The notes beneath the pieces are model-generated. The model did no database searches, had not been told where the DNA came from, and worked only from the letters and a program-made list of their open reading frames with translations. From the human T2T-CHM13v2.0 reference genome, Homo sapiens: a stretch of DNA of 64,000 nucleotides. The stretch lies in assembly GCF_009914755.1 (NCBI RefSeq), contig NC_060934.1; one strand, 5' to 3'. How positions within the stretch are numbered: the stretch's first letter is position 1; each line of letters begins with the position of its first letter. Made by a program: the position numbers and the translations under genes. Positions 62,501-64,000 of this stretch are shown here, one piece after another.

Positions 62501-63378
62501 CAAATTAAATAATGAGTGAATAATTTGAATACGTATTGCTCCAAAGAATATATACAAGTGGCTAATAAGCACATACAAAGAATCTCAACATCATTAGTCA
62601 TTAGAGAAATACAAATCAAAACTACAATAAGATGCCAGTTTAGATCTAATAGAATACTATAATAAAAAAGAAATATAATAATAAGTGCTAACAAGGGTAT
62701 ACAGAAGTCCGCACCCCCATGAACTACTGGTGGAAATGCAGAGTAATGCAGCAATTCTGGAAAAAAGTTTGACAGTTTCTCAAAATGTCAAACATAGAGT
62801 TACCATATGATTCAGCAACTTCACTCCCATATATATGCCCAAAAGAAATGAAAACATACCCACACAAAAACTTCTACATGAACGTTCACAGCATATTTAT
62901 TCCTTATATCCAGAAAATGGAAAAACCCAAATATTCCTCAACTGATGAATGGATAAACAAAATGTGGATTATCCATAAAATAGAGTATTATGTTGCAATA
63001 AAAAGGAATAAAGTACTGATATACGCTACAATATAAATAAACCTTAAAAACACTGTGCCAAGTTAAAGAAGAAGCCAGTCACAAAAAGCAAAAGCATATT
63101 CTGTGGTTCCATTTATGTGCAATATGAATGGGCATATTTTAGAGACATAAATTAGATTAGTGGTTGCTTAGGGATTGGGGTGTTTTTATAGGAGAGAATG
63201 GGGATTGATAGCTAATGAATATGGAATTTCTTTTAGATGAAAGAAAAATATTCTAAACTTACATCGTGTGATGGTTATGCTGTCCTGTGAATACGCCAAA
63301 AAGCAGTAAATTGTATACTCAAAGTGGGCAAATTATATAGAATGTGAATTATATTTCAATAAAGCTGTTGAGAAAAAA
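59565..63378 (+). mobile_element. Old L1MB-like element (ORF2 plus 3' end), interrupted
   Basis: Degenerate ORF2 (ATGAAATGGACAAATT, AAAGAATAAAATTACTTAGG, GGCATTCCATTTTTATGGATT); 3' end GTGAATTATATTTCAATAAAGCTG. Confidence 0.9.
61496..62210 (+). mobile_element. L1PA16/17-L1PB-like 3' end nested in L1MB
   Basis: Younger-looking AAAAGTCAAAAA...TTACCTATTGGGTACTATGCTCACTAC...CTAAAATAAAAGTTG with its own A tail; host resumes at CCTAAATGTAAGA. Confidence 0.85.
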
Positions 63379-64000
63379 GATTCAATGTGCCATATATCTT
63401 ATAATGGTTTTATTCCATGAAAGGGCATTCATAGCCTTTATTCATTATTATGGTTATGCTATTGTGATTGTGATTTTTTTCACACAATCACAAAGCAAAT
63501 ATAATCACAAAGCTATGACAGTTTCTGTTTCATAATATTTGAAGCTTGATTTAACGTACTTTTGACAGTTCAAACCTATTTGCCAAAGTTACTGCCACTG
63601 AAATAAAAAAAGAGAAAAAAAGAAAAAAAAATTTGCTAAACAAGCTTTTCTAAATAAAAAAAAAAAAAAAAAGAGGCAATTTGTTTTCACTCTTTTAGTC
63701 CAGGGGATCTGACTTGATGTGTTTTCTGAGCTGCAAGTTCTTCTGTTCTAACCTGTATTCTGCTGCACGTGCCAGGATTCATGCCAAATATTTTGTGTAG
63801 CATTTCTAGAAGGTACACATTAAAATTCAGTTCCGTGAAAAAAGACATTTACTGTTTGTTTCCATTCTGGATCAGAAAATGGCCAATGCCATTAGGAAGG
63901 AAGAATAACACATTACAGCTAAAATAAATACTATATCCATGAGCCTGGAAAACAACCAGCGTTGGTGAACGAAAGAGACTGGATTACAGATGACAGAATC

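Overview
Primate genomic DNA, most likely human or another catarrhine given AluY and L1PA4. It is AT-rich, CpG-depleted and largely made of interspersed repeats. I find no credible cellular protein-coding gene, tRNA, rRNA or CRISPR array. The only ORFs I can assign to known proteins are broken LINE-1 ORF1/ORF2 pieces; many others are Alu or simple-repeat read-throughs. Main structures: (1) a stack of antisense L1 fragments at 0.8-11.8 kb; (2) a nested complex at 18.0-27.7 kb, where an older L1 (L1PA13-like) with a twin-priming 5' inversion hosts an AluJ, an AluY inside that AluJ's tail, and a full-length L1PA4-like element with its TSD; (3) three co-oriented ERV1 solo LTRs (MER4A, MER4B, MER50-type) at 36.9-42.4 kb and an MSTA LTR; (4) a near full-length L1PA8-like element whose 3' end is fused directly to the last ~70 bp of an Alu, a probable deletion scar; (5) an old L1MB with a nested L1P 3' end at 59.6-63.4 kb. 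Outside the repeats, the most unusual signals are a 72-nt near-perfect hairpin at 31331-31402, a strong G4/i-motif tract at 58.2 kb and probable ancient MamSINE1 (Deu-domain) remnants. I cannot support a claim of a new biological system. Subfamily names come from my recollection of consensus sequences and need RepeatMasker/Dfam confirmation; boundaries of old repeats are approximate.
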